The notes under the pieces: model-generated
The model's database searches: none
What the model saw: only the letters and a program-made list of their open reading frames with translations
Told to the model about the DNA's origin: nothing
Position numbers and translations under genes: made by a program
Source: Amoebophrya sp. A120
Lineage: Eukaryota; Protista; Dinoflagellata
Length of the DNA: 64,000 bases
Assembly: GCA_905178155.1 (NCBI GenBank)
Contig: CAJINV010000013.1
Location: 920,344-984,343, forward strand
Reading direction: 5' to 3'
In this document: in pieces, positions 26,213 through 39,199 of the stretch
Layout of the letters: each line of letters begins with the position of its first letter
How positions within the stretch are numbered: position 1 is the first letter of the stretch

Positions 26213-26862
26213 CTGAGTCGTGCGGGAAAAATGCCATTTTTTGTGCCCGAACAACTCGATGCTATGCAGATCTATTGAGTCCACTTATGGTTATGTTTCT
26301 GCGACTGCGGTCGTGAAGATGTCATACGAAATTCGTCCTCATGGTCGAACCAACAATCTCACTCTAGTATCAGACTCTGTACCATTGTTGGCGCCGCGCA
26401 GATCCGGCTGCTCGCCGCGCTCGTGGAACTGGGTCGAAAAGCACCGTCGCACGTTTTTCTTTTCGGTTCAAGTAGTGTTGAGATTGCCCTTCAGCTTCAG
26501 CTACCAACCTAGTACACAAGCCAAAGCGTCGGTAACAGCAGAACCTCCATGCATCGCCTCGGTTTCATGTTGCCTCTTTTGGTGCATCGTTCACTTCATC
26601 GCGTCCTCCTTCTTATTTCTTTGACATGCTAGAGCAGCTTCGGTCTCATCGTACTACTGTGCGTTAACACAGTATCAGTCCTTTACTCGGTTCGTACTCG
26701 TAGAACGTCGGTACACAAGTGTTTTGAAACTCCCCGTCCAGAAATTCGTCCCTGCGGAGGTCGCATGCCTCGGATCAATTTGTCGTTTCATCGTTCTCTC
26801 TGTTGCTTCTGCAACCTAAACAAAGTTATCCAGAGGCATCATATGTTAGAATATTTTATGAG

Positions 26863-27540
26863 CAAGGGAGTCAAACGCCGAAGGGAGTCAAGGGAGCCAA
26901 GGGAGTAAGATAAATTTACATCAAATCGCCTTCCCTTGAATTACTGGCAAAATGCATGCTGTGGTCGTATTTTTCCGTCGCCAGTTTACATCCTGCCCCC
27001 CTCTCCGCTGTAGCCCCATGTTTGGCAAGCTTTCAACTTTCCTCCATGGAGGAAATTTGAAGTGGCCACCTCAGCGACCTTCTTCTGTTCTTCGTACGTT
27101 TCTGCGTTGCTGCAAACGCAGAAATGGAGGACAAAAGCTGTTGAAGTTGCCACTTCAGCAAATTGAAATTGCTGAAGCAGCCACCTCAGTTTTCCGCCAT
27201 CGGAGCAAAGTTAAAGTGGCCACTTCAACAACTTCGTAATCTCTTTGGCCTGCGTGACTGGTTGCCAACTATTGTGGGAAGTTGTCACGCCGAGCAGCAT
27301 AGAATTAAAAGGGGAGAGATTCTCTGTTCTGCGTGAGCCAACAGAGAACCACTCTGCCACGCTCTATGAAGAGAGGACGGGGTAAGTGACTGCGCGCGCG
27401 CAGCGCGCGCGCGATTTTTTTTTTTGGTTTTACGCCTTGAAACAGCGCGGAGCGTTGTGCATCGCTTGAATGAATTAACTGCGGGCGCTTTTTAAACTTA
27501 CTCCCTTGACTCCCTTGGGAATTGGCGCTGTACTCCCTTG
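26863..27540. mobile_element. intergenic MITE-like element with inverted arrays of aagggagY
   Basis: Four aagggagY units at 26863-26908 mirrored by three actcccttg units at 27498-27540; internal ttgaagtggccacctcagc-like motif x4 and a (gc)n stretch at ~27391-27413; outer ends and TSD not resolved. Confidence 0.6.
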
Positions 27541-27943
27541 GCTGGCGCCAGGCACTAATAAACCTAATATGTCGTCGTATTTGTGGTTGTTATGTCTAGT
27601 AACTGCACGTAGTAGAATCCTGCGCCCTAGTAGTATTAACTTTCTTGTGGCAGTTTTCTTTTGGTTTTGCACCCTAGAAGTAAATACCCCCTGAGGCATT
27701 TCCAAATTCAAAACCCTGATGAATTCGAGTTAGTTGTTGAGCATAGTATTAGTAGGTTTGACGAGGAAAATACCAGCCCGGTTCTTTTGTCGCGAACGAA
27801 CGAACCCGCGTGGTTGTATTGCTTGTAAACCAAAAGGGCGATAAATTTGTATTGGAGCTCGCAATAAACACAACGCTTTGATGCTGCACGCTTTTACTGT
27901 GTACGACCACCTGGAAAGTGAATTCAATAGATAAACCGAAACT

Positions 27944-28966
27944 ATGTCAGAGGAATGCGAAGAGCGTGTGGTGACCCACACGATAAAGGAGGAGGATGAT
28001 TCCACCACGTTTCTTTACGTCATGATGGTCCTGCTCCTGATCTTCTGCGCCGTCGCCGTTTCCTACGCCTACCATCTCCACGTCAAGGGGCAGAACAAAC
28101 CCTCGCCGTTCGAGGGACTAGTGGACGCAATTAAGAAGCTATGCAGCGGTATGATTTTTTTTCATTTTTGGATATTCGGAGTCGTTTGATGTGAAAAACA
28201 ATAAACATAGAGAGTGGAAAGATGCTAGCTGCCAGCAACTAGTAGTACAACCACTTCAATCAACACAACAGCTGGTGGGAGAAAGCCGGCGGGTGCGAAC
28301 AAGAAGGGAAAGAAAGACGAGCAGCAAGGAGAATGGAGCCAAGCGGACTGGGACGCAATGTTCGCCGGCATGTATGGCGACCCTAGCCAATGGGACGCCG
28401 GCACACAGGGAGGGCAATCGGGAGCAGATCAAGGGAAGGGCGGCCAATTAGCACTGCAGGACGACTACTCACAATATCCTGGAAGTGGCGGCAGTGCCTC
28501 GTCAGGGGGCCCTGGAAGCTGGGATGGCGGTATAAGAATTTTACGTAGTCGTAGAACTCGATACAATTGGTTGTAAATCAAAGAAACAAAAATGCCGTGC
28601 TTAAAAGCTGCATCATGTCTCCAAGTCGAGCTCTTCTGTCGGAGGTGTAATACCTAGCATCTCCACCTTCCCAGGTGCAGGTGCTCGTCTGATGTGAATG
28701 ATCATGTATGAAAACCGTCGATTTTATTTTCAGGCGCAGACGACGCCGCTTGGGGCGCTCCTGTAGCACCACCAACAAAACCAAAGCCCGGCAAGGGTTC
28801 GAAAGGAGGTGCACACCAGCAGGTGCCTAAGAAGCCAAAGGCGCTGCCCTCCATGAAAGGCGGAAAGAGCAGCACGGGAAAAGCAAGCAAAGCACAACCG
28901 GCGCCATCGCAGTACGGTTATGGGCAACAGGATCAGTGGGACGGCGGATCGGGCTACGGCTACTGA
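27944..28966 (+). CDS. single-pass membrane protein with Gly/Lys/Gln-rich tail, 231 aa; exons 27944-28148, 28272-28529, 28734-28966
   Basis: Two canonical GT-AG introns give a continuous 696-nt frame; TM FLYVMMVLLLIFCAVAVSYAY. Confidence 0.8.
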
Positions 28967-30138
28967 TAACATCTCTCTACTTGCTTGATAAAGTCAAAAG
29001 ATTAAGATTGATATACTAGGCAGTCGCTTTTGTTCCATATTGCTTTTCATTAGAAAGTTGTAAATGCGCTTCTTGGATCTGATTTATCCCCCCATGAGCC
29101 CCCACACCCCCCATAATCGTAGTTTCCATCAAGAAAAAATAAATAAAAAATTGCGGTAAGTAACTTTTTCGACCTCTTTACGCCACTCCCACTACAAACC
29201 TCAATCGTACTGAAGCTCTAGTCTGGGACAACGATGCTAAGATACATACAAACCCGACCTGTTTCGCGTGCTGAGTCAAACAATGTAAAATAGCCCACGC
29301 TTTTTTTTCTGATGTATCTGCTCAACCACGGCTCTGATTACTTTTGGCGCTTCGCTATCCACAGCGCCATCTGCACCTCACTCATCGGTTCCGCTTATCG
29401 TGTGACTTTGCAGTCGGTTGCCCTGAATAAATCAAAAATCCCAATTATCTGTTGCAAGCTCTTCATTCGGATGGTAGATCATCGGTTCTGGTTTTTCTGC
29501 TGTTTCTTTTGCCGCATTACATTATGTACTTTGTGCCGTACGCATTTTTTGAACTGCAGCTGCGGAAATCAGTGCACCTTTCGTTGTTTCCGCAATCGCA
29601 ATTAGTCGTGCATCGTGACTTTCGTGCTGTTTCAACAACAATTGCAGCCGTCGTCCGTCAAAGCCAAAGCTGCAGCTACGTCGTGAACAAGAATAGATTT
29701 TACCACTCGTCAAGATCGTTATGTTTCACATCAAAAAACAAACAGGCTTCCCTTACCCTCTGCTTCCGCCTCCGGAGCAGAAGTGCATCTCCGTTTTCAA
29801 GTGATAAAGTAGTATCCCCAGGATGTTGAACACATTAATTTCAATAAGCCAAAGCCTCATGCCATAGTTTGACAGCATTTACGAGTTTCTTGCTTCAGTG
29901 AAATTAGCATGTGATCCTATTGATGCCCCTTCATGTTCATATTATTGTCTGTTGCCCTTTATCTGGTTTACGCCTTGATTATGTTGTTAGTGGTGCTAAC
30001 GTTCATGTCGCAAGATAGAAAAACTCGGAATAAATAGTAGACTCATCAGGCGGAGGAGGTAGCCAGCCCGCGGCGCGTCGACGGGGAAAGAAGTGGAGAA
30101 AGGACTTTGGCGCACAATAGACCCTGGACTCCAGGATC

Positions 30139-33100
30139 ATGCGACGAGGCTCGCTCCTGCGCTATCTGGTGCCGGCCCACCAGCTCGTCGTGCTACAGAA
30201 CTTCTTGGATGTCAAAAGAGGAGTCGCCGCGGCGTCCTCGGGCGGTGGTCCCGCGGAAGCAGACCTCCCAGGTGAACAACCAACGAAAAACTCACCACAA
30301 GTGAATGTAGCAGTGGAGAACATAGCACAGGCTGCTCTTCTAGACAACAATAGAAACAGCGTTCCGGAAGATGATCCGGTCTCCGACGAGCAGGATCCAA
30401 ATTATGACAGCACCAATTATCGGGAGCTTTCCACCGACGACGACTTCTATAACGACACGAATTCGACCAACGACACGGAAATCACTACCTCCACCACAAC
30501 GACCACCACGAGTTCCACTACCACCACCACATCGACGACAACCTCCTCCTCCACGACCACTACCACCATCGACTACAACACAACCACCACCCTGCCCTGC
30601 CAGAACTATACGATAACCGTCTGCGAGCCCATCATCGCGGAGGTGTGCGCCTGGACCGCGAGCACCACACCGGCGCCGGGGTCGTCGTCCTCGTCCAGGA
30701 GAAGTAGAGAGAGGCTGCTGTCGGCGCTGGCAAAAGGAGGTGTCGGGGGCAGAAAAAATGTCGGGGAGATCAAGGAAAGCCAAAGTAGTGAATCCGTCCC
30801 AGATGTTGATCTTGATGTAGGAGTTCCAACAACACAAATAAAGGGTACGGCTGCGGAGCAGGTTTCAGTAAGTGTTTTGCGCGTGGAGCAGGAGAGCACC
30901 AAGAAGAACGTCGGTGGAAACTTTGCCGGTGCCGAGGACAAAAATCCGAACGTGGTATCAAAAGAACCAGGAGATGAAGATAGCAGCAGCCTCACCGCGC
31001 GGGAGATGCGGATGTTGGGAATCGCAGAGCCCGCTGCTGATAGATTAGTCGCCGCGGCCGGTAGAAGTAGTACAAACACAGCTGCAACAAGTTCTTCTTC
31101 ATCACTTGCAAGGAAAACTGCAGTCGCGAGTCCTGCGTCCACCTCTACTTCCACTTCGTGGGAAAAACTACAAGTAGACGGCGGCCGACAACTGATAGAG
31201 GAGGTGGAACAGATCGCCACATCAAAGCCGGTAATTTCTCTGTACAAAGAGAATGAGAAGGTCGTCTCCTACCCAATTTCCCCCCAGACACTGGACGAAT
31301 TCGCGAAAACGAGCCTCAAAGGAGGAAAGAGCAGCTCTTCCTCCGCAAGTAGTAGTAGTAGTAGTACTACTTCTTCCACCTACTTCCCCACCTGCCCCAC
31401 AGACGAACGAGTGGGCTTCGCACGCCTGGAGTTGTCGTATGGCGACCTGTGGCGAGTAGCCGGCAACCCGTTCATCATCGAAGATTTTTTTCAGCAGAGA
31501 AATCTCGGCGGGGATGATGCGGTGGATAGACTTTACGAAGTGGACCTCGGAACGGCCGCAGATAGTATTGACGCTGGTGAAGACCAGGTTCTCGTCGGAG
31601 CAGAAAACCAAAGCCAAGAGTTGTCCACAACTTCTTCACTAGACCCCACGACTTCCTCCTCCACTTCTATCCTTGAAGCGACGCGCATTCTCGCCCCTTC
31701 TCTGCCCTTCGCCGGGCCTGATTCCGGTCCGAGCGCGGGCGAAATCGAAGTTGTTGATGGCGTGCCAATTGCCATCACCCCCTTCGCGGAAAATGAGTAT
31801 TGGGCCTTGGATGCCTCGCAGTACTTTCTCGGCACCGGGCAAGTGTTGTTGAACTGGTTCAAAGCGCAGAACGACAGATTTCAACCGGTAGGAGTTCCCG
31901 TGGAAGAGGTAAACGAGGAGATTCTCATCATACCGAGGGGGGAGCCGGGGATAGTTAGCAGCTCTTCTAGTACTCCGAATCGCCTCCGACAATTGAAAGA
32001 CGATGAACAAGCAGACCCCGAGCGGACGCGAAGTCATATTGAGCTGGTGCAAGGAGGTGGAGCAAACACATTAGGAACCGCCAGTACTTCAGCAGGAACA
32101 CCTCCCCTCGCTGCAGCTGCACCGGAACCAGCTGCAGAAGATGAAGACCCGGACCTTTTTGGATTCGATCAGGATGCAGCTCTGCGAGTTCTGTCCAACC
32201 TCGCTGGTAACGATACGAACGACACCGATGCAGTCGTTGGCACCAACTCGACCAACGCGAGCAATGCGACGGAGCAGGAGGAGGCTGGGGTAGTAGAAGA
32301 TGACGTAAACCGCACAAACGCCAGCAACGCAACCGCACAAACGGCGCAGCTGTACTACGTCTGCATGAACGCGACGGTCGGGCACGTGTGCCAAAACCTG
32401 ACGGGTTGTTTTATCGCGACGACGTCGACAACAACGACGACAAATCCGCCGTATGAAGTGGTTTTCCCCACGCCGCCACCCACGTCAACCACGACAACGA
32501 CAAGTACTTCTGATGAAATTGCTTTGCTTTTGTTGATATTTTTTCATGAGCGCTAAACTTTGTACTTGCAGACATCTTCGTAGTCGTACTTCTACTTTCA
32601 TGATGTTGCATCATCCATATACATACAACTCTCATTCGCAGTAGTTTAGCCTCTGAAGTAGAAGTGGAGCCGAATCTCACAAGTAGATAGTGTCCATGTT
32701 CTTCATTATGCGTTCGAATGTCCAGCATTTTTGATGTTTTGATAACTTCTCCCTCTTCAGCCACCATCCCGACCACTTCTACAACCACGACGACGTCTAC
32801 CACGACCGTGATTTACCTGCAGCCGACAAGCACGACCACGACGACCACCAGCACAACCACGTCTACCACCACGATTCCGACAACGTCGACCACCAGCACC
32901 ACGTCGACCACGGTCACGACGACCACCACCACCCCCCGCTCGGAGATCCAGCTGCAGGCGACCTACGAGGCAGAGGAAGTGTTTCCGGATAATGTGCCCC
33001 CGACGGAAATTTTCCGATCCCCCGGCTACGTCGCCGCCAAGTTGAAGGGGTTGGCGCAGGCGCTCGGACTCCCGGAAAGCATGATCCTCATCACCGGATT

Positions 33101-36100
33101 CCAGCTGACCAGCAGCAGGAGAAGAATGATGCGCGAGCTGATGGTCGTGGCAGATAGGGATAGTAGAGCCAGCAGATCTACTGGAAGAGCCGGCTCCTTT
33201 GTTCCTGGTAGCACTAAAAGTAAGGAAAAAGCTGCGGGGGCTTCGAGGAGCGAACTAGACCAAGTCGTAGGACCACGACCTTCTTCAAAGACAAAAATTA
33301 CACGGCGGCTAAAATCCGGCTGGTCAGCACGAACAGCAGAAACTACAGCACACGACCCATCGGCTGAACAAGAAGTAGGTGCAGAAATAAAAAACCGCGT
33401 TTTGGCGTACGTGCAGAAGGTGAAGACGCAGTTCACCATTGTGGTCAAGTCCGACGCGCTCGCGAGCGCGGTGTCCGCGAACCCGAATTCCGCGTTGGCC
33501 CAGACATTGGCGGCGGCGAACCCGTCGGTGCAGTCTGCGATCGCGGGCACGACGGATAGCACCGTGCTGCAGCAGCAACTACAGCAATCGTTCGTGATGG
33601 CCGATTTCTACAGTGCGGTGTCGCAACTCTCCTCGGAGCTGCAGAAAACCGAGATCGCGGAGCAAATCACGCAGGAGACCAACACGGCACTGACCACGGT
33701 CGCATTGGACCCCACGATCTTCATAGAAGGCCCGCCCACGCAGTCAGGCGCAGAGGTATTTTTTTCTATACCATAGCCATTAGTATTAGAGAACTATAGA
33801 CTCGTAGCAACTTGACCAAAAAGGTGAGACCAAAGGTATGGGAATCTAAATCGCGATAATACTGTGACGAAAACTTGACCAAAACCTGACGAAAACTTGA
33901 CCAAACCGAAAAACAGCGACTTTGTGAAAATTGGCCAAGCGCGATGCTATGGCTGATTTATTCTATGGGCCATTTTGACGAAAACCTGAGGAAAAGCTCT
34001 AGACGTCGGGGGTTTTTGGTTTTTTTGTCATTTTTTTCCCCGACGGTATACGCCGGACCTATAGCAAAGGAGACGAACGACGTCTAGACGTCCGAGAAAA
34101 AATTTCGCCTATCACGGGCGAACGGCTGAGCAAAGTTGACCAAAAGTTGAGGCCGACCGCTAGAGGTCGACCTCTAGAGCTTTTGGTCAACTTGTGAAAA
34201 AAACGAAGCAGAATCCCGCGCGGCAAAAATTTACGGCGGCAGTTATCCATCGGGGCAAATTGCTTCAGGCGTCAGCAATTCACTAGTGTCTGCGCCTTTT
34301 GCTAAAGAAGAACGCTACAGGCCGGCCAGCCAGAGGCCCGGTTGCATTTTAAACGCAAAAGCCTGGAACCCTCTGGGGCTTTGGCCCTCGACGTATGGAA
34401 GCCAGCCGCGCCCCAAAACGGCGCCAAAAGCAAGAAAGCGCCACAAAATGCCGCGGCCCCCTTCGCCTTAGCTTAAGGTCTCGGCGATGTTGTGCCCCTC
34501 TCGTTTTGTGTTTTCCCCTATTGGTCTTGTTGTGCAGCTGCACGGCAAACGAACAAACATAGCGGAGCGCTGCCAGGGATTGCCCAACACTCGCATGTTG
34601 GTCCTGCCTTTGCTTCGCTGCCATTCCTACTACATGCCCCTGCGTGTTGCGAGGAAGTCCAAGCCATCGGCAGCCCGCCTCCCCGCCTTTGTATGTGGTG
34701 GCGCGCGTGCTGGCGTCGTCCATCCGTCATCGCTGAAAAACGAAGGCGACGGATGGGCATCGGCCCAGCGGCCCATTTGGCGCACTGCCTTCCCGAACAA
34801 CCCCGGCCAGACATTTTCCAGGGTTTGGCCGCCAAATGTGAAGCGCCCCCTTGTTGTATGTGCCCAGGTGCCTGCCGGCTAGATTTGCCGGGCTTTCTGG
34901 CTTGGCTTGAAAGCGCCGGCCGGGCGGCGCGGTCCGTCGGAACGGTGTAGCTTGGCCCGGCCGCACCGTCTCCCCCACTTTGCTTCCTACTCAATGAGGC
35001 CAAAGCAGCGAGGAGCGGAGACTGACATAGAGGCAAGGAGGTAACGCCACCCGACCGATATACCTCCCGACATGCCTCCCGATACCCCTTCCGATATGCC
35101 TCCCGATACATATGCCTCCCGATATGTATACCTCCCGATATGTGTACCTCCCGATATGTGTACCTCCCGACACACCTCCCAATATACCTCCCAATATACC
35201 TCCCAATATCCCTCCCGATACCCCTCCCGATACCCCTCCCGATATCCCTCCCGATATCCCTCCCGATATACCTCCCGATATACCTCCCGATATACCTCCC
35301 GATATACCTCCCGATATACCTCCCGATATCCCTCCCGATATACCTCCCGATATCCCTCCCGATATCCCTCCCGATATCCCTCCCGATATCCCTCCCGATA
35401 TGCCTCCCGATATGCCTCCCGATATGCCTCCCGATATGCCTCCCGATATGCCTCCCGATATGCCTCCCGATATACCTCCCGATATACCTCCCGATATACC
35501 TCCCGCGCCCTTGTGGAAGCGCGGAGCGGGCTGCTGTGGCCCTTGTTTTTGCCGGTTACGCAGGTGTGGCATCCCCGCCCGCGCCCCCCCTACCCCCCCC
35601 AGACGGTTCCAGGGGCCGGTGGGTAGCCAGATCAGGGCTGCTAAACACCGGCCGCTCGGCTTTTTTGATGTTTGGCAAAGAAAGGAGTTCGCGGGCGGGC
35701 CAGCTAAATTAATCACCCGGGCGGGGCAGCGTTGCTTTCGCCAGCCCTGCGCTGGTTTGGGGCGTTGTGGCTGCCCTTTTTTGGTTCTCTTGCGTGCCAT
35801 ACAAGCTGCAAACCCTTTGGTCTCTCCGTTGGTTTCCAAAAGACCTACGGCCCTCTAGTTATGAAAAATATCCCGCGCCGTTGTGCCTTCTCCACGGCGG
35901 CGCGAGCGACGAATACTTTTACTTGTCATCATATTACGTTCGGAATCGGATGGACTAGAATACGGCGCTTTTCATCATTTTCTTGCTGTGATAGAAGTGT
36001 CTTGTATGATGGTCGCGATTTTTGATCCTTCACGTGCGCTGCCACGAACTACACTTTTTGACGCTATTGTGCTATAATAGCATAAAGTTCAAGTTTCTCC

Positions 36101-37835
36101 TCCTACTTCACACCAAATCTGAAAACACGACCAGATGACGAGCGTAGAAGTGGCGGTGGTGGGGAGTTCTTATGCGACCACTGCTGTGCCAATCGCGACC
36201 ACCACGACCCCCGCGCCCGCGGTTGTGACCACCACCACCACGACGGCCGCGCCCCTCCTGGTCGAGGAGACGGAAGCGGCCACCATTCTGGGCATCGACC
36301 AAAACCTGTTTCTGATTTTCTGCGGCGCGGTCTTCCTCCTCACGGTCATCGGCCTCTCGCTGTACTGCTACAAGCTGAAGCTGGACCGCCTCCGGCGGGA
36401 AGAGCGGGAGGAGGCGGAGCGGCAGGCCCGGCTCGCGGAACTCCGGCGGCTGGCCAGCTTGAAACTGGAGGAGGAGAGCAGCGAGGACACCTTTGTCGCG
36501 GTGATCGAGGAGGAGCGAAAGCAGGCGGAGACGGAGGGCCGCATCCCGCCCCCCTCCCTGCCGAAGAAGTTCAAGATGGCCAAGATCCGCGGGGAGTGGG
36601 ACACCGTCGGACTGCCCCGGTTCGATATGGCGTTCTCAAACGTTACATTCTCAACTGTTACATGAATTTGTCATGCAAAAGTGCCTGCAGCCGGCAGATG
36701 ATCGAGCTGCTTCGCATGACAAATTTCGGAAGAGCTAAACTAACAGCATCTAAATCTGCGCCAAGCTTGTAATGCAAAAGGCGCAATCTTCCTCCTTTCA
36801 CTTTTCTTTGGTTTTGCCAGTCTTGCATTACAAATTCATGTAACAGTTGAGAATGTAACGTCTGAGAACTCCATATTCGACGACGAGAAATCCGTGTACT
36901 TCAACCGCCTGCTCTATGGAAGTGTCAGAATCGAAATTGACAAAATCGAAAAATTTGTGATGCACAAAATCGATGTCAGTTGGAGCCTCAGTTTCCAAGT
37001 GGCGCATGACAAATATCGGGAGCACCCAAATCCAAACTGTCATGCAGTTTGGGCAAAGAAGACTCCTCCTTTCATGCTACTCTGGCAGCACATTTTATAC
37101 CCCTAAACAGGCTCACAATCGGTCTCATTTGCCTGCTCCCCAATACAGGCCTTCAGTGCCCTACATTTTACGCATCACAAATCATGTCGATTTTGTTGAT
37201 TTCGATCCTGACACTTCCATATGCTCGTGCGGGACACGCTGCGGGCCAAGACCATCGAGCGGTTTGGCAAGGCGAATAGCAGTATCATGCTGCGGGAGAA
37301 GGACGTGCCGAAGGAGGTGTTCGAGGTGGCGACATCCCGCGACGAGAGGAAAAACGCGCGGATCTGGGACATTCCGGCCTTCGCGCGGAAGGTGCGCCCG
37401 GTTCTAACCGAGTACTGGAACTGGCGCCCCTCCTACTCGCGCCAGGTCGCGCCGGACGCGAAACAAGACACGGCGGGCGAGTTCGTGCCCTCCCCGACGA
37501 CAAGTATGGTTGTCTCCGCGGGGGAAACGCGGGCGGTCAAGGGCCAGAAGCCGGATTATGATCCTAGTAGTGCCGCTGCCGGGACCGCGGCCCCCTTCTC
37601 GAAGCGGGTCGATCTCCTGGCCGCCACCGACGACGGCCACGACCACCTTTCTCCGGAAGAAAGGGCGGCGAAGGCGGCCAAAATGACCGCGGTGCTGAGG
37701 CATAACGAGGAGGCACGCCGGACCGACGGCAATCGCCCCGTGGTGGCGGAGACCGTAGCGGGCGAGCGAAAATTGGAAGACACCGTCACGCCGAAGGGAA
37801 AACGGAAAAAGCACAAGAAGATCGTGCACTACTAG
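30139..37835 (+). CDS. mucin-like Thr-rich type I membrane/surface glycoprotein, ~1497 aa; exons 30139-32503, 32761-33755, 36135-36625, 36881-36914, 37227-37835
   Basis: Poly-Thr tracts, several NxS/T sequons, TM LFLIFCGAVFLLTVIGLSLYCY followed by a charged helical tail; two GT-AG introns and two TIR introns keep frame (4494 nt). Confidence 0.75.
33770..36085. mobile_element. probable transposon-derived insertion occupying most of a 2.4-kb GT-AG intron
   Basis: Short repeats (gacgaaaacYtga, tctagacgtc) at 33860-34200, GC-rich core, minisatellite; weak inverted match ggaatctaaatcgcgat (33841) / gtcgcgatttttgatcc (36012); boundaries approximate. Confidence 0.4.
35056..35505. repeat. 12-bp minisatellite cctcccgatat(a/c/g), about 37 units
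   Basis: Visible tandem array; produces the PPDI / SRYT / GGIS / LPIY repeat ORFs in several frames. Confidence 0.97.
36626..36875. mobile_element. introner / non-canonical intron with ~53-bp TIR
   Basis: tatggcgttctcaaacgttacattctcaactgttacatgaatttgt mirrored at 36823-36875; perfect DR ttcga. Confidence 0.95.
36915..37221. mobile_element. introner / non-canonical intron
   Basis: TIR tatggaagtgtcagaatcgaaattgacaaaatcga ... tcgattttgttgatttcgatcctgacacttccata; perfect DR tgctc. Confidence 0.95.
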
Positions 37836-39199
37836 TAGAGCAGGTGCGTTCAGATAAGGGTAGTGCGTAGTACATGTGATATCAGGATCAGGTTAGAATG
37901 TTCAAGTAAATTTTCATCGCAGGATCATCGATCTGTTTTCCTTTCAGAGAAGTCTCAAGTTGATCATTCTTCCGCGCCGGTCTTGTTTTCATTTTGAAGC
38001 AGGCGAGCCCCGTTCATAATTTAATATGTAGATTTTTTTCATTGGTCGTATATGAGATATACCCTGCTGACGAAGTGGAAGTACTTTGATTTCTGGCCCA
38101 CATCATTTTTCCCCGACAACAGCATGTCTTGCATTTTTTTGTACCCAGCATAGTACTACATATCGATGCAGATAGGTGTTTCTTGTGACATGATGAATTG
38201 TGATTGGCCACGAATCTGGCATAGAGCGCTATGTCTGACACTCCTTATTTCCTCGAATTCTATGACAATTTGAATTTTCTCTCTCGACCTCGACGTATTT
38301 GACTCCTTCTTTATAATGGGCGAGTGCATGTGTATGCCAATACTGTGGATATGCGACAACTTTGTTCCATTTCTCTCAAGCGTATATCACTTTTCGTTCG
38401 GTGTCGCTGTCGCCTGATTATATTAGATGATGAACATGGTGCATTTATAATATTCTCCGTCGGGAGACGCATAGGCATAGCCTCTACTAAAGCGTCTACA
38501 TCTGGCCGCTGATCATTTGTAATCTGTCTCGGTCTTTTCTTGGCCCGAAGTCAATGTCAGCATTGATGAATCTCGGTTGTTTCCTCCTGATTCCTCGTCG
38601 GTGCGCGCGTTGCTGATGTCTTGGGTCTCTCGGTGAGCATGGCAAGAACAGCGGCCTCCGTTGTCGATATTAGAAGACATACTCGGTCAATATCATGTAG
38701 ATGCCCTCGTTGAGGTTGATGCGGAGTTGTCGCTGCGCTGCTCATCAGGGTAAGCAGCGACTCTTCTAACATGCTGGTGTTGTTGCGAATAACCATCCTC
38801 ACTCGCATTGGCACTGCAGGTGGACCTCTCTGCTGTAGCAAAAGTAGCGTTTGATCCCCGTACCCGTTATTATTTCCCGATTTGAGTAACGCACTCGCAC
38901 TCGATACCAATTTCTTTGATTTATATTGCAACGGCAAGTACTACAAAGTACCTAGGGCCAAGACAAGGTCACATCAGATGCAATGACTCATCGCCCTTGC
39001 GCTGGACGCATGGTGAGGTCGATGCTTCTTGGTTGATTATGATTTCGATTTCCATGCGTTGATCATGTTGAAATAAAGTTACAGAAGCTGCAATTGGAAT
39101 AGTTGCAAACAAGAAGATATCAGGATACAACTACAACAGCAGTTATCGGGTCGACAAAGCTACACCTATAGCCCCCCGGGGCCCAGACACGGCGTGAGC

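Noticed and set aside
34991-35858. Repeat proteins GGIS / PPDI / SRYT / LPIY
   Set aside because: Translations of a stop-free 12-bp minisatellite lying inside a predicted intron
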